Assembly: GCA_963716775.1 (NCBI GenBank)
Contig: CAVQUI010000004.1
Location: 288,360-352,359, forward strand
Reading direction: 5' to 3'
Source: an uncultured delta proteobacterium
Lineage (GTDB): Bacteria > Myxococcota_A > Polyangia > Polyangiales > Houyiibacteriaceae
DNA: 64,000 nt
Made by a program: the position numbers and the translations under genes. A model generated the notes under the pieces. It saw nothing but the letters and a program-made list of their open reading frames with translations. It was not told the DNA's origin and ran no database searches. Below, one piece after another: positions 63,917 to 64,000 of the stretch (within the stretch, counting starts at the first letter, position 1; every line of letters begins with the position of its first letter).

Positions 63917-64000
63917 TCACTCTGATCCGGGCTTGCGGATTCCGAGGGCGCGCATCTTCTTGTAGAGGTGGCTGCGCTCCAGGCCGAGGTCGGCGGCGGT
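63917..64000 (-). CDS. C-terminal fragment (27 aa) of a Fis-type HTH protein, probably a sigma-54-dependent activator; continues beyond the window
   Basis: The minus-strand translation TAADLGLERSHLYKKMRALGIRKPGSE* matches the HTH_8 end of NtrC-family enhancer-binding proteins. Confidence 0.55.
   Translation of the reverse strand, partial: TAADLGLERSHLYKKMRALGIRKPGSE

Noticed and set aside
1-64000. Mobile elements, prophage, defence islands, toxin-antitoxin pairs, rRNA/tRNA genes
   Set aside because: No integrase, transposase, recombinase, restriction, Cas, abortive-infection or TA-like ORF was seen in any frame. No tRNA-like cloverleaf or rRNA stretch was seen in the short intergenic gaps. 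Apart from small AT-rich gaps, the composition looks uniform.

Overview
This is a high-GC, very gene-dense chromosomal segment with about 58 CDS, many joined by 1-4 nt start/stop overlaps. The gene content points to a Myxococcota-type genome. It combines a mevalonate pathway with branched-chain keto-acid dehydrogenase, a eukaryote-like Ser/Thr kinase and PP2C phosphatase, a sigma-54 activator fragment, a GGDEF protein and a four-helix-bundle gene. I found no rRNA, tRNA, CRISPR array, transposase, integrase or phage genes, so this looks like core chromosome rather than an island. In order, the window holds: a MAPEG protein; the SOS mutagenesis cassette imuA-imuB-dnaE2 with an SOS box; a tandem cNMP-binding protein with a transporter-HEAT fusion; Fpg/Nei and two orphan peptide-ABC permeases; Slt; PP2C; ggt and gshB; a mevalonate operon (ids-mvk-mvaD-pmk, with divergent fni); a roughly 10 kb run of coupled ion-transport genes (TetR, CPA antiporter, trkA, trkH, a 1505-aa antiporter-NTPase fusion, mscS); lipA with BCKDH E1a/E1b/E2 and mutY; an ABC-2 exporter; serS; murB; a four-gene MbnP/MbnH-type operon; regB/regA-like genes coupled to hrcA-grpE-dnaK; ftsB; a GAF-GGDEF protein; sixA; an APC permease; a plant/chlamydia-type fabI; a Ser/Thr kinase; a repeat-bearing 319-bp gap; a truncated four-helix-bundle gene; and an acyltransferase-SDR pair. 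The most unusual items are the giant CPA-antiporter/coiled-coil/P-loop-wHTH fusion inside the ion-transport operon, the split transporter-HEAT plus cNMP pair, and the MbnPH operon sitting behind a RegBA system that is itself coupled to dnaK. All family assignments come from reading motifs in the supplied translations. No database search was run. The ORF track prints GTG and TTG starts as M, so I re-derived start codons from the DNA where stated.
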